Assembly (NCBI GenBank): GCA_963821525.1
Contig: CAWGED010000003.1
Span: 90,522 to 154,521 of the forward strand
Reading direction: 5' to 3'
Source: an uncultured Gemmatimonadales bacterium
Lineage (GTDB): Bacteria > Gemmatimonadota > Gemmatimonadetes > Gemmatimonadales > GWC2-71-9
Length of the DNA stretch: 64,000 nucleotides
Position numbers and translations under genes: made by a program. Below the pieces are notes generated by a model. The model did not search any database and was not told where the DNA came from. It worked only from the letters and a program-made list of their open reading frames with translations. How positions within the stretch are numbered: the stretch's first letter is position 1; each line of letters starts with the position of its first letter. Positions 19,539-31,251 of the stretch are shown in pieces.

Positions 19539-22357
19539 GTGAGAACCATCCGAGCCATTCGCGCCCTGAGCATCGCGGCGCTTTCTCTTTCCTGCTCCCA
19601 GGCTACCCAGCAGGCGGCACCGGGTCCCGATCCGGCCGCGGTTGCGACGGCAGCCCCTGTCGAAGCCGACACGACCGGTCCATCACAACCGATCCTGCCG
19701 CCCCGCGAGGCGTTTACCAAGGGCTGGATGCCGCTCGCCGCCACGGGAGTGATCGAGTTTCGCAAGGCGTATCCCACCTACGACGGCCGCGGTGTCCTGA
19801 TCGGCATCCTGGACAGCGGGATCGATCCGGGAATTCCCGGCCTCTCCACCACCTCGACCGGAGAGCGGAAGATCCTCGATCTGCGGGACTTCTCCGGTGA
19901 AGGCGAGGTGAAGCTCGAGAAGGGGGCTCCGTCGGGAGATACCGTGGTGATCGCGGGCAAGCGGCTCGGTGGCTTTTCCCGAATTCGGACCACCAACGCC
20001 GCGGGACCCTGGTATGTGGGCACTGTCGCGGAGTTGCCGCTGGGCGAGATGCCCGCGTCCGACCTGAACGGCAACCGGAGCGACGCCGATACCCTGCCGA
20101 TCGTGGTGACCCGGGCCAGCGACGGCTGGGTTCTCTTCATCGACAGCAACGGCAACGGCTCCCTCGGCGATGAACGGCCGGTCCACGATTATCTCATCGC
20201 CCGCGAGGTCTTTGCCTGGAGCACCGGGAAGGCGACGCCCAACCGTCACCCTGGCCGCCAACTTCCGCGACAACCGCGGAGTTCCGTCGCTCGATCTCTA
20301 TTTCGACACCAGCGCACACGGATCCCACGTCGCGGGCATCGCGGCGGCGCACGACATGTACGGGGTGAAGGGATTCGACGGCGTGGCGCCGGGAGCGCAG
20401 CTCCTCGGACTCAAGATCGCCAACGACGCGCAGGGCGGAATCTCCACCACCGGCAGCATGCTCCGGGCGGTGGACTACGCCATCACATTTCGCCCACCAG
20501 CGCAGCATGCCGCTCGTGCTCAACATGAGTTTCGGTGTGGGCAACGAGGCGGAGGGGAAGGCGCGCATCGATCAGCTGATCGACTCGGTGCTCCAGGCCC
20601 ATCCCGACGTGGTCTTCACCATCAGCGCCGGCAACGACGGGCCGGGACTCTCGACCATGGGATTTCCCGGCTCGGCCAATCGCGCGCTTACGGTCGGTGC
20701 CGACGTTCCCGGCCGTGATGCTCGGTGCGGTCACCAAGCCGGCCAGCGATCCGGTCTGCCTATTTCAGCGCCCGTGGCGGGGAACTCGCCAAACCCGATA
20801 TCGCCGCTCCGGGTCTGGCCTACTCCACCGTGCCGCACTGGAATGTGGGAGACGAGCGGAAGGGTGGCACCAGCATGGCCTCGCCCCACGCGGCGGGACT
20901 CTCCGCTCTGCTCGTCTCGGCGATTACTCAGCGAGGGGAGAAGGTTGACGCTCGGCTGATCAAGCAGGCGTTGATGGTCACCGCTCGGCCGGTTCCCGAT
21001 CAGACCATCCTGGATGAGGGTACCGGCGTGCCCGATGTGAGAGCGGCTATGCGGTGGCTGGAAGGTTCTCACGCCGTGCCCGAGGTGGATGCGCGCCCGG
21101 CGGACCATGGAGTCACCGCCGCGTTCCGCCCCAACGGCCTCGAGGCTGCGGGCGACACGGTGCAGAGCTTCGTGCTGCAGCGGAGCGCCGGCGGACCGGA
21201 GTCGTTCTCGCTTCGAAGCAACGCCGGATGGTTACCGGCGCCGAACACGGTGGACATGAAGGAATCCTCCGCCCGGCTCGACCTGCGCTACCGGCCCGAG
21301 GCATTGAAGAATCCTGGCGTGTACACGGGTGTCGTCTCCGGATGGACCAGTGATACCATGGCCGGTCCCGCGTTCCGGCTGGTCAACACCATCGTGGTAC
21401 CCGCCATCGGTGCCCGGATCGAAACCGATCCTCAACTGATTCCACCGGGAGGCCAGCGTCGCCTCTTCTTCCGCGCCGAGGCGGGACGGCCCTTCTTCGT
21501 CGCTCGCGGCGACCACCTCTCGTCAGGAGCAGGCGCAAGCCTTTCTCCATGAGCCTGGCGGGCAGCCATATCGGGAAGCCAACGGCATTCCGGCCGGATC
21601 GGGCGACGATGCCGCGCTCTACGTGGTGGACGGACGTGATGTGGTGACTGGGTTGTACGAAACGATCACCGTCGCTCCGCCGCTCCAGTCTACGACGTCG
21701 CTCACCGTGATCGAGCAGAGCCCGCTGGTGATCAACGGCACGCGCGACGCCGGGGGCATCACGATCACGCTCCAGAATGCGGAGAGCAGCGCCGTCACGA
21801 CCCAGCCCTTCGTGGTTCTGGTCGGAGCCGAACGCACCGCGACCATTACCGGCCACGGGTCAGCGGTGGATCCCGTCGCCTTTGGCATACCCGACTGGGC
21901 GATCCACGCCACGGTGGATGTGAGCATGGATCCCGCGCAGTGGCCTCGCTTCACCGACTTCGGACTCACGCTCTTCGATTCCGCCGGCAGGCAACTCGGC
22001 AAGCAACCGCTCAACTATGCGCTGGGCCGGCTCCACGTCGACCTGCCTGGGACTGCCTTAGGCGGTGCGGTGAAGCTCTTCCCCGGTCTCGCCGACCCGA
22101 CGAGCGAAGCGCCGTGGAGTGCCGCTCTCTCGATCCGCCTCTACGCCGACTCGTCACACGTAGAACGTCTGCCCGGCTCGCAGATCACCCTGCCCCCGGG
22201 GGGAACCGGTACGGTGCACATCGCGATGCCGAGCCAGTCGCCCGTTTCATTCGGACCCGGCTTCGCTCCTCTTGGAATTGTCGTGGTACCGGTAGGAGAC
22301 CGGACCTGGACTCGGGAGATCGGATTCCCCGAGCCGGGCGCGCCGCTCTCTCCATGA
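19539..22357 (+). CDS. S8 serine peptidase lipoprotein, tripeptidyl-peptidase II-like; several frameshifts
   Basis: Lipobox [13 protein letters not shown] (D), [10 protein letters not shown] (H), SAGNDGP (N), GTSMASPH (S); long D-H insertion. Confidence 0.82.
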
Positions 22358-23735
22358 CCAAGGCCAGCGTCCGCGTCGCAGCGGGTCAGGGCTTCTGGGG
22401 CGACTGGCTCGAGGCTCCGGTCCGCCAGGTCGAAGGCGGGCCGATTGACTACCTCATGATGGACTACCTCGCCGAGGTGACCATGTCCATCATGCAGAAA
22501 CAGAAGTCGCGTGACCCGAACGCGGGCTATGCGCGGGACTTCGTTCCACTGATCGAGCGAATTCTCCCGACCCTCGTGTCCGAAGCGCATCCGGGTGACC
22601 TCCAACGCCGGAGGCGTGAATCCTCGTGGCTGCGCCGAGGCGGTGCTCGCGCGTGGCTCGAAAGCTGGGGTTCGCGGGCAAGGTGAATGTCGGCCTCGTT
22701 TCGGGGGACGATATCCTGCCGCGCCTCGACGAGCTCATTGCTCGTGGCCACGAGCTGCGCGACATGGACACCGGCCGGCCCCTCAGCGACATTCGCGACA
22801 AGGTCCTCTCCGCCAACGCCTACCTCGGCATGGGCCCGATCGTCGACCGCGCTGGAACAGGGTGCGGACATCGTGGTGACCGGCCGGGTGACCGACACCG
22901 GTCTGACGCTCGGTCCACTCTTCCATGAATTCGGCTGGCGGACCAACGACTGGGACAAGGTCGCCGCGGGAACCGTGGCGGGGCATATCATCGAGTGCGG
23001 CGCCCAGTCGAGCGGTGGGAACCTGCTGCGCGACTGGCGGAAGGTGCAGGGCCTCGCCAATCCGGGCTTCCCGATCGTCGAGGCCTCACCCGATGGGACG
23101 TTCGTGGTAACGAAGCATCCCAAGCACCGGCGGTATCGTGAACGTTCCGAGCGTGACGGAGCAGCTGGTCTACGAGATGGGAGACCCGCACTCCTACATC
23201 ACGCCGGACGGCGTCGCCGACTTCACCACCATCCAGCTGAAGCAGGCCGGCAAGGACCGAGTGCAGGTGAGCGGCATCAAGGGCGGGCCGAAGACCCCGA
23301 TGCTCAAGGTGTCGATCGCCTACTTCTACGGATACAAGGCGGTGGGAACGCTGGTCTATTCCTGGCCCGAGGCCTACGACAAGGCCAAGGCCGCCGACCG
23401 CATCCTTCGCCAGCGGCTCAAGGACCTGGGGCTCGAGCTTCGAGCAGATCCTGACGGAGTTTGTCGGAGTCGATGCGACCCACGGACGTCTGGCGGGCCC
23501 GGCTTCACCGGATGCTCCCGAGGTGCAGCTCCGCATCGGTGTGCGAGCCCGGGAGAAGGCGCCGGTGGATCGTTTCACCCGAGAGATCGCACCGCTGGTG
23601 CTGACCGGGCCGCCGAGTGTGACCGGGTTTGCCGGCGGCCGGCCGCAGGTGGAGGAGGTCGTCGCCTACTGGCCGGCGCTGATCGATCGGAGGGAGATTG
23701 AGCCCGGCGTGAAAGTCGAGATCCTAAAAGCGTGA
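22354..23735 (+). CDS. Acyclic terpene utilization AtuA family protein (DUF1446); several frameshifts
   Basis: [62 protein letters not shown]. Confidence 0.88.
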
Positions 23736-23818
23736 GCGGTGAGCAGTGAGCGGTGAGCGGGAAATGTCTGATGATGCCGATACGCGGCCCGCTCACCGCT
23801 TACCGCTTACCGCTCACC
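23732..23818. repeat. Inverted pair of heptamer arrays (GTGAGCG)4 ... (CCGCTYA)4
   Basis: Left arm begins in the atuA TGA stop; right arm ends 4 nt before the next ATG. Confidence 0.9.
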
Positions 23819-23822
23819 AACT

Positions 23823-24218
23823 ATGAGCGACACGATGGCGCGGAAATCTCCAACAAAACGAACGCCCGGGACCACTACCGTCCAGCTCAGATGGCTGGCG
23901 CACGCACGCTCGGGCGACAAGGGCGACACCGCGAACGTGGGCCTCATCGCGCTCGAGCCGGAGTATTTCCCAGTCCTGGTCAAGCAGGTGACCGTGGCCA
24001 GGGTTCAGCGGCACTTCAAGGGCATGGTGCGCAGCGTCGATCGCTACGTGCTCCCCAATCTGAACGCGCTCAACTTCCTCCTGCACGGTGCCCTCGACGG
24101 CGGCGGGACCATCTCGCTCAAGACCGACGCGCAGGGGAAGGTGTATTCGACGGCGCTGCTTGCGGATGGCGATTCCGGTGCCGGCGGGTGTCGCGAGAAA
24201 GGTCAGGGGCGTAGGTGA
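23823..24218 (+). CDS. AtuA-related small protein (C-terminal ferredoxin-like module)
   Basis: LAHARSGDKGDTANVGLIA, LPNLNALNFLLHGALDGGG, LKTDAQGK; C-terminus probably frameshifted. Confidence 0.85.
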   Translation: MSDTMARKSPTKRTPGTTTVQLRWLAHARSGDKGDTANVGLIALEPEYFPVLVKQVTVARVQRHFKGMVRSVDRYVLPNLNALNFLLHGALDGGGTISLKTDAQGKVYSTALLADGDSGAGGCREKGQGRR

Positions 24219-24305
24219 TAGGTGTCGGGAGCACGGTCGGTCTCTCCTATCCCTGACGCCTAGACACCTACCCCCTACCGCCCTGACCCCTGACACCCTG
24301 AGCCT
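24197..24305. repeat. Degenerate inverted heptamer arrays (GGTCAGG/GTGATAG ... CCTGACC/CCTACC)
   Basis: ggtcaggggcgtaggtgataggtgtcggg ... ccctgacgcctagacacctaccccctaccgccctgacccctgacaccctga. Confidence 0.6.
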
Positions 24306-24306
24306 G

Positions 24307-25055
24307 ATGACCATCTCTCGTCGCTCCGGAAGGCGTCCTCACCCTCACCCTCAACCGCCCCGAGAAGCGGAACGCACTCGACACGCCGACCCTCGATGCG
24401 CTGCGCGCGGCGTTGGATCAGGCCGAGCTCGACGCGCAGGTGCGGGTGGTCGCGATACGGGGGGCGGGGAAGGACTTCTGCGCCGGGGCGGATCTCAATG
24501 AGCTGCTCGCGTCGGCCGACAAATCGCTGGCGGAGAACGAGGCGGCGGCACTCCGGTTGGGAGGGCTGTTCGTCCGGATCCGCACCCTGCCCAAGCTGGT
24601 CGTCGCGGTCGTGCACGGTCGGGCGTTCGCGGGAGGGGCCGGGCTGGCCACGGCGTGCGATCTCGTACTGGCGACCAGCTCGGCGCAGTTCGGCTATCCC
24701 GAGATCCAGCGCGGCTTCGTGCCCGCGATGGTGATGACGATGCTCCGCCGCAGTGTGGGGGAGAAGATCGCGCTCGATCTCGCGGTGACCGGGCAGGGTG
24801 CTGACCGCGGCCGAGGCGCAGGCCGCCGGGCTGATCTCGCGCTCGATTCCCGATGGCGAGTTCGAGCAGACCGTGAACTCCGTGCTCACCGCTCTGTCGC
24901 AGACCAGCGCCAATGCTCTCGCCCTCACCAAGCGGCAGTTCTATGAGCTGGACGGGCTTCCGTTCGCGGACGGCATCGGACTTGGTGCCCGGGTGAACGC
25001 CCTGGCTCGTGCCCACCCCGACTTCCGCACCGCGATCGCGGCCTTCCTGAAGTAG
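24307..25055 (+). CDS. Enoyl-CoA hydratase (methylglutaconyl-CoA hydratase-like); frameshifted, start uncertain
   Basis: LTLNRPEKRNAL, DFCAGADL, AFAGGAGLATACD, FGYPEIQRGFVPA. Confidence 0.85.
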
Positions 25056-25070
25056 GACCCATCCGAGCTA

Positions 25071-25290
25071 CCGCAAAAGCGCGCGCAGAGACGCAGAGGA
25101 CGCAGGAGCTGGTACTCTCTGTGCCTTTCGTGTATGTAGCATCTGATGTGCGCATGCCGAATTGATGCAACTACAAACACAGAGACACAGTACGCGAAGA
25201 GTTAGTACTAATAGTCGCTCGTGTTCTCTGCGTCTTTGCGTCTCTGCGTCTCTGCGTTTGCTTTGTGTCCTTCGTGTCTTTGTTTGCATT
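25071..25290. repeat. Inverted octamer arrays (CGCAGAGA)n ... (TCTCTGCG)n in an AT-richer spacer
   Basis: cgcagagacgcagaggacgcag ... tctctgcgtctttgcgtctctgcgtctctgcg. Confidence 0.75.
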
Positions 25291-25354
25291 AATTCTGGAC
25301 TAGATCGCGTAAATAGGGATGACGGGTCGGTTGGGCCGGCTTGCAGTCTTGGGT

Positions 25355-27171
25355 ATGGCCAATCGTCGTCCCCCAGCGCCTGGAGAGGCGCGCAACTTCT
25401 CCAGCGCCACTTCGGCTACCCTGACTTCCGCCCCGCCCAGCGACGGGTAGTGCAGTCGGTGCTCGCGGGTCGGGATACCCTCGCGGTCCTGCCTACGGGT
25501 GGCGGGAAGTCCATCTGCTTTCAGCTGCCCGCCCTCGTCCTCGGCGGGTTCACCATCGTCGTCTCCCCCCTCATTTCCCTGATGCAGGATCAGGTCGCCG
25601 CTCTCCGGGCGCGGGGGATCTCTGCGGCACTGCTTAACAGCAGCCTGACCCGCAACGAACAACAGCGAGTTCTCGACGAGGTCGTCGCCGGGCAAATTCC
25701 GCTCCTCTACACCTCACCCGAGCGACTGGCAAGTCTGGCAACGAGTCTGCGCCAACACCAAGCCACGCCGCGACTCCTCGCCATCGACGAGGCGCACTGC
25801 ATCACCGAATGGGGACACGATTTTCGGCCGGCCTATCGCGCCCTGCGCCGGCTCCGCTTCGCCCTCGGAAAACCTCCCGTCGTCGCGCTGACCGGCAGCG
25901 CTACTCCCGAAGTCCGCCAGGACATCACCGCCGCACTCGGCCTCCGCAGCCCCGATCTCCACCTCGGCTCGTTCGACCGGCCCAACCTCTGGTTCGGCGT
26001 GGTCCGGGTTCGAGACGAGCGAGAGCGGCTCGAGCGGCTGCTCTCTCTCCTGCGGGAGGAGGACCGACTGGCCATCGTCTACGCCCCGACCAGAAATACC
26101 GCCGAGGGTCTCACCCGGGCGCTCAATCGGGCGGGCTTTCGTGCCGCACCGTACCATGCCGGTCTCAACAAGGCGGGTCGAGTCGAAGTGTTGCGACGGT
26201 TCCTGGAGGAGGATCTCGAGGTCGTTACCGCCACCTGCGCCTTCGGGATGGGGATCGATCAGCCCCGAGTGAGGCTGGTCGTGCACTGGACCATGCCGCC
26301 CACTCCGGAGTCTTACTACCAGGAGGCTGGGCGGGCCGGGCGGGATGGAGGATTCGCTCGCTGCGTGCTCCTCGCGGGTCGCAACGACGCCGTTCTCCAT
26401 CGCCGCCAGCTGGAGGTCACCTTCCCGCCGAAGCAGTTGTTGCAGCGCATCTGGTACGAAAAGGACGGGAGACGCGGGGTTCCGGCCAACGTGCTCGCCT
26501 CGGCCGACCGTCTCTCCCGCGAGCTTCACCCTGAACGCGGTGCGGTGGATTGGCGTCCGGTAGAGGCGCGGAGGCAGAAGGCGGCGGAGCGCATAGCCGC
26601 GGTGGAGAGCTACGCTGAGGGGAATGGATGCCGTCGCGCGGCCTTGCTCCGCTATTTCGGTGAGACGCTCGGTCAATGCTCGGGGTGTGGTCGCTGCCGG
26701 AGGAGGATGAGCGAGAAGCGACTCGACCCGGTCGCCGCCGGAAGGTATCGCCGGCTGTTGCGGATCTTCTCGGGCGGCAAGGCGCCATGGGGCGGAGCGT
26801 TGATCGAACCGGATGTCCTTCGTAGCCTCGCCGAATCGCCGCCGGGCAATTCGGATCAGCTCGCCGCGGTGCCGGGTGTGGGCCCCTCGCTCGCCGAACG
26901 GTTGGGTGCCGTCATCCTCGGCGCCCTCGAGGCCGGACCGGCGGCCGAATCCCCGGAATGCCCTCCGCTCCATCAGGCCCTGCGAGACTGGCGCCGGACG
27001 GTAGCTGACGGGATGGGCGTCCCCGACTACGCCGTCCTCCCGGACGCCGTCCTGGCCCGCATAGCCCAACAAAGGCCCCAGGATCGGGACGGGCTTCGGG
27101 TCATTGAGGGACTGGGCCCCCGGGCGCTGGCCAAATGGGGGGATACGCTCCTCAGTCTGAGCCTGCAGTAG
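25355..27171 (+). CDS. recQ: RecQ family ATP-dependent DNA helicase with HRDC domain(s); start approximate
   Basis: FGYPDFRPAQ, PTGGGKS, IDEAHCITEWGHDFRP, YHAG, AFGMGID, YYQEAGRAGRDG, CRR...CSGCGRC, HRDC (LRDWRR...PDYAVLPD). Confidence 0.9.
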
Positions 27172-27245
27172 TCCTTCCGGCCCGTCCGTGTCAGGTTCCC
27201 GCCCGGTTCCGCGCATTCCTGAACGGACTATTTCAGGAGCAAGCG

Positions 27246-27749
27246 ATGGGTTTCCGTATCCGCCGGGCGGTTCCTCAGGATTCCGCCGCAGTGCGACGAC
27301 TGGTGGCGAGGTCGTTGTTGGGCCACGGGCCGGAGGTTGGCCATTCAGAGCGACTCGAGGTTGCCCTCGACCGCGTGGTGGGCCCCGACTGGGAGCCCTT
27401 CGCCAAGGGCACGTACTTCCTGGTCGAGCAGGGAACCCGGGTCTTGGGGATTGGCGGCTACGCTCCCTCGGGCCGGCCATTCGGTACAGCCCGGATGCGC
27501 CACTTCTACGTGGATCCGGAGTTCAGCCGCCAGGGCATCGGGAGCTGGCTGCTCACCGTGGCCGAAGGGCGGGCGTTGACCGAGGGATTCCGCAGTGCCG
27601 ATTGTGTCGCGATGCTGAATGGCGAGCAATTCTTCGGTGCCAACGGTTACGTCCCCGTTGATCACACCGCGGCGACGCTGCCGGGTGGGTGGTTGTCCCG
27701 CGGCCTGCGGATGCGGAAGAACCTGGCCAGCGCGGTGAAGGCAGCCTGA
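27246..27749 (+). CDS. GNAT family N-acetyltransferase
   Basis: AGGAG SD; RHFYVDPEFSRQGIGSWLL acetyl-CoA motif. Confidence 0.85.
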   Translation: MGFRIRRAVPQDSAAVRRLVARSLLGHGPEVGHSERLEVALDRVVGPDWEPFAKGTYFLVEQGTRVLGIGGYAPSGRPFGTARMRHFYVDPEFSRQGIGSWLLTVAEGRALTEGFRSADCVAMLNGEQFFGANGYVPVDHTAATLPGGWLSRGLRMRKNLASAVKAA

Positions 27750-27760
27750 TGCCTCTCGCT

Positions 27761-27847
27761 GATTGCCGATTGACGATTTCCGATTGCCGATTGAGAGCAA
27801 CGAACGTCAGATCTGCGGTCAATCGGCAATCAGCAATCGGCAATCGG
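27761..27847. repeat. Inverted heptamer arrays (GATTGCC)n ... (CAATCGG)n between convergent genes
   Basis: gattgccgattgacgatttccgattgccgattg - loop - caatcggcaatcagcaatcggcaatcgg. Confidence 0.9.
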
Positions 27848-27856
27848 TTCGAATTG

Positions 27857-30621
27857 TTAACCCTCGCCGCCGTGGCAGGTCTCAAGGAAACCGGTAACGC
27901 TCGACGGTCGTCCCGGAACGCCACCAGGTCGCGGTACGCAGACGAATGAATCCAGGGGAGGCCTCGCAGTCCCAGGCGCGAGGCTTCCCCGAACAGCGCC
28001 AGAGCCCCTGTGTAGTCTCCCTGGATCGCAGCCATTCGAGCGCGAAACATCGTGTACTCTCCACGCTCCGCGGGTGCGACGGCGCCCAGCGTGTCGGGTG
28101 CGGACCCGGTGCGCGCTGCGGCGAGAGCGGCGAGCGCTCGGTACTGCAGCCGGTCCGGGTCCTTCACTGCAAGCGAATCGAAGATCCGGCGGCTCCGCGC
28201 CCATTCGCCGAGGTCATAAAGCGCGCTCCCCAGCCAATAGAGATGGGACTCGTCCCCCGGTTGTACCCGGAGCTGTCCCTCAAGCCATGACTTGCCGCGA
28301 ATCAGGTATTGGGTGCCGGCCTCGGTCCAACCGTGGGTGACCAGCTCTTCGCCCGCCACGACCATCGCCGCGCCTTGAGACCAGTAGGTAGCCGGCGGCA
28401 GAGCACGAGCGACAAAGAGCACGGTGTCGACCGCCGCGGCCCGTCCCTCCGCCGCCAAAGCGCGCACCTCTAGCGTGAGCCCCACGCGTCGATCCGGATA
28501 CCGGTAGCGGAGTTCCCGCGCAGCCTCCAGCTCGCGCTCGTGATCTCCCACCAGATGGAGCGCGTGAGTGAGCTGAGTCCAATAAGAGGACCAGCCTCTC
28601 ATGTCTCCCCGCTCCGGCTCGAGAGTCTCCAACGCCGCGAGCGCCTCCTGAGGACGGTCCGTTGAGAGGCTCGCCACCGCCAGGTTGTAGGTCGCCATCG
28701 ACGCGGGAGCCTCGGCGGACGCCTTTCGGAGTGCGATGACCTCGGCCTCGCCGTCTCCCGCCAGGAGTGCGTCGAGTGATTCGAGCCGCAATCGCTGGTA
28801 GTCTCCCAGCTTCGACTCCCGGAGGTGGATCTCCCGCACGATGGAATCGGTCAGCTTCGCATCGCCCAGGTTCCAGCTCGCAATGCCGGCACTGAGGAGG
28901 GCGCCGACGAATTCGGTATCGGCCAGGAAGGCACGGCGGTACGCTGTCATGGCACCCACATAGTCCTGGTTCCGGAATCGCTCCGCTCCTCCCTCGAAGA
29001 TCTGATAGGCTTCGAACGTGGGCGGCCGCTGCTCCAGCTGTCTCGCATGAGTGATCTCGTCCTCGGTCCACAGCGCGATCATTCCCATCAACCGGTCGCG
29101 CATCGCCTCGATTCCGACCTGCGGCGCCGTGCGGCTGGTCATGATCGGCGCGATGGTGCCGAGCACGCGGCCCCGAACGGCGTCCGCCACTTCGAGCCGG
29201 AATTGCAGCGAATCGCCAAGCAGATAGTAGGAGCCGGTCACCACCGTGCCCGCACCGGTTTCCTCTCGCAGGAAGCTGACGGGATTAACACTGCGGCCGG
29301 CCTCGCGTTGCGTCTGGAGCAGCTGGCTCGCTTGAAGAGACGTGGGCCAGGGAACAACAGGGACGAGACCGGTCGCCTGCAGTCCCTGAGTGAGCCAGTC
29401 ACCCGCCATTCGGCCCCAGGGGTCGAGACTGGGATCTCCGGTCTCGTTGGTGAATCCGAGGACGGTGATCGGCGTCGGCAGACTGCCTGCGCTCGGCGGA
29501 GGGGGTCGAGTGGCTCGCCAGACGGCAAAGCCGCCGAGGGAGAGCACGACCGCCACGGCCAGCAGGGCCAGGCGCGAAAGGGACCTGCGGGGTGTCGCTG
29601 CGGTAGTCGGGACGCCGAGTGCGTCCAGCGCCGCTACGATCTCCCCGGCATTCGCCGGGCGGCGGGACGGTTCGGTCGCAAGGCAGCGCGCTACCAGCCG
29701 GGCAACGGATTCCGGCAGCTCCAGCCGATGGGCTCGGACTCCGCCGGTGTCCACCTCTCCCGCTTTCTCCGGCGGCAGCGGCAGCCTGCCGGTCAGCGTC
29801 TCATGGGCCAGGGTGCCCCAGGCGTAGAGGTCGGCGCGATGGTCGAGCGAGGGGTCGGAGATGCGCTGTTCGGGAGGCATGTAGGCCGGCGTGCCCACGG
29901 CGAACCCGTGGTCCGTCAGCTCCATCGAGTCCTGCTCGTCCACCAGCTTTGCTATTCCGAAATCCATCAGGAAGGCATGGTTCCCCACCCAGAGCACGTT
30001 GCCCGGCTTGAGGTCCCGGTGCACCACGCCGGCGCGGTGAGCATGCGCCAGTGCGTCTGCGAGATCTCGCAGCAGGGACAACGCATCACGAATGGGAAGG
30101 GGACCAGCCCGGTCCAGTCGCTGCCGCAACGTCTCTCCTTCGACGTACGGCATGACGTAGTACAGGAGCCCCCGCGCTTCGCCCGAGTCGATCAGGCCAA
30201 GGATATGGGGATGAGCCAGACGGGCGGCGATCCGGACTTCTCTCAGGAACCGGTCAACGCCGTAGCGGGCGGCGATCTGGGGCTTGAGAACCTTGATGAC
30301 CACACGACGCCCGTGCTTTTTCTCGTGGGCCAGGAAGACCGACGCCATGCCGCCCTCACCCAGGAGCCGCTCCACGTCGTACCGGTCGGCCAACGCCTCG
30401 GCGACGGTTTCCTGAAGCACGGCGCGCGTGTCGGGGACAGCATCGCTCTCCAGGATCCCCTGGCGCAGCTGGTGCGCCTTGAGCATGGCGTAGACCTCGG
30501 CCCGAAGGGCAGGGTCGTCGGCACAGGCCGATTCCAGCCAGTTCGCCCTCGCTTCTTCGGGCAACTCGAGCGCCTGGTCGAAGAGGTTGCTCAGCCGGTT
30601 CCAGCGAGGATCCGAAGTCAT
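27857..30621 (-). CDS. Membrane Ser/Thr protein kinase with TolB-like/TPR C-terminal region
   Basis: LGEGGMASV, VIKVL, HRDLKPGN, DFGIAK, GTPAYMPPEQ, TM, FTNETGDP; as assembled it reads to 27553, true stop probably ~27857. Confidence 0.9.
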
Positions 30622-31195
30622 CTCGAAGGATAGAGCTCCTTGTAGAGCCAGGCCCGCGCCTTGAGCCAGTCCCGATGCACAGTGCGTTCGCTCACCCCGA
30701 GCAGCTCTCCGATCTCCGCATCGGTGAGACCCGAGAAATAGCGGAACTCCACGACGGTCTGGAGCCGCGGCGCCTGCTCTCCAGGCGAGTCAGCGCGTCG
30801 TCCAACGCCAGAATCTCGTCCGAAGGCATCTCCTCGCCCGGCGCCAGTCCGTCGATCGTGGTGTGGTAGAAGGCCCCGCCGCGCTTTCCGGCGTTCCTGC
30901 GACGAGCATGGTCTACCAATACCTGGCGCATGGCCCGCGCGGCGACACCGAGGAAATGCGCTCGATTGTGCAGGGGCTCCGGGGTGGGACCGGCGAGTTT
31001 GAACCAGGCCTCGTGAACCAGCTCGGTAGGACGCAGGGTGTGGTCCTCGCGTTCCCGACGAAGCGCCCGCTGCGCAGCGCGGCGCAGCTCATCGTAGACC
31101 AGGGGGAACAACTGATCGGCCGCCTTCTCGTCTCCGGTGCGGAGGCGCTGAAGCAAGCCGGTGACCTCTCCTGCAGGATTGGAATCCTGGCTCAT
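30618..31195 (-). CDS. ECF sigma factor (TIGR02999-type, kinase-associated), frameshift ~30770
   Basis: VTGLLQR, LFPLVYDELRRAA, HTLRPTELVHEAW, AARAMRQVLVDHARRR, DWLKARAWL; ATGA overlap with the kinase. Confidence 0.9.
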
Positions 31196-31251
31196 GTGGC
31201 TGGACTATCACTCACCGTTTGATCGTTCGTCGAGTTCTGGTCCGCCGCCCC

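Noticed and set aside
25714..30633. Long antisense ORFs (e.g. 25714-27480, 28825-30633)
   Set aside because: Shadow ORFs of high-GC coding strands with no recognisable motifs; the same applies to most other overlapping ORFs in the track.
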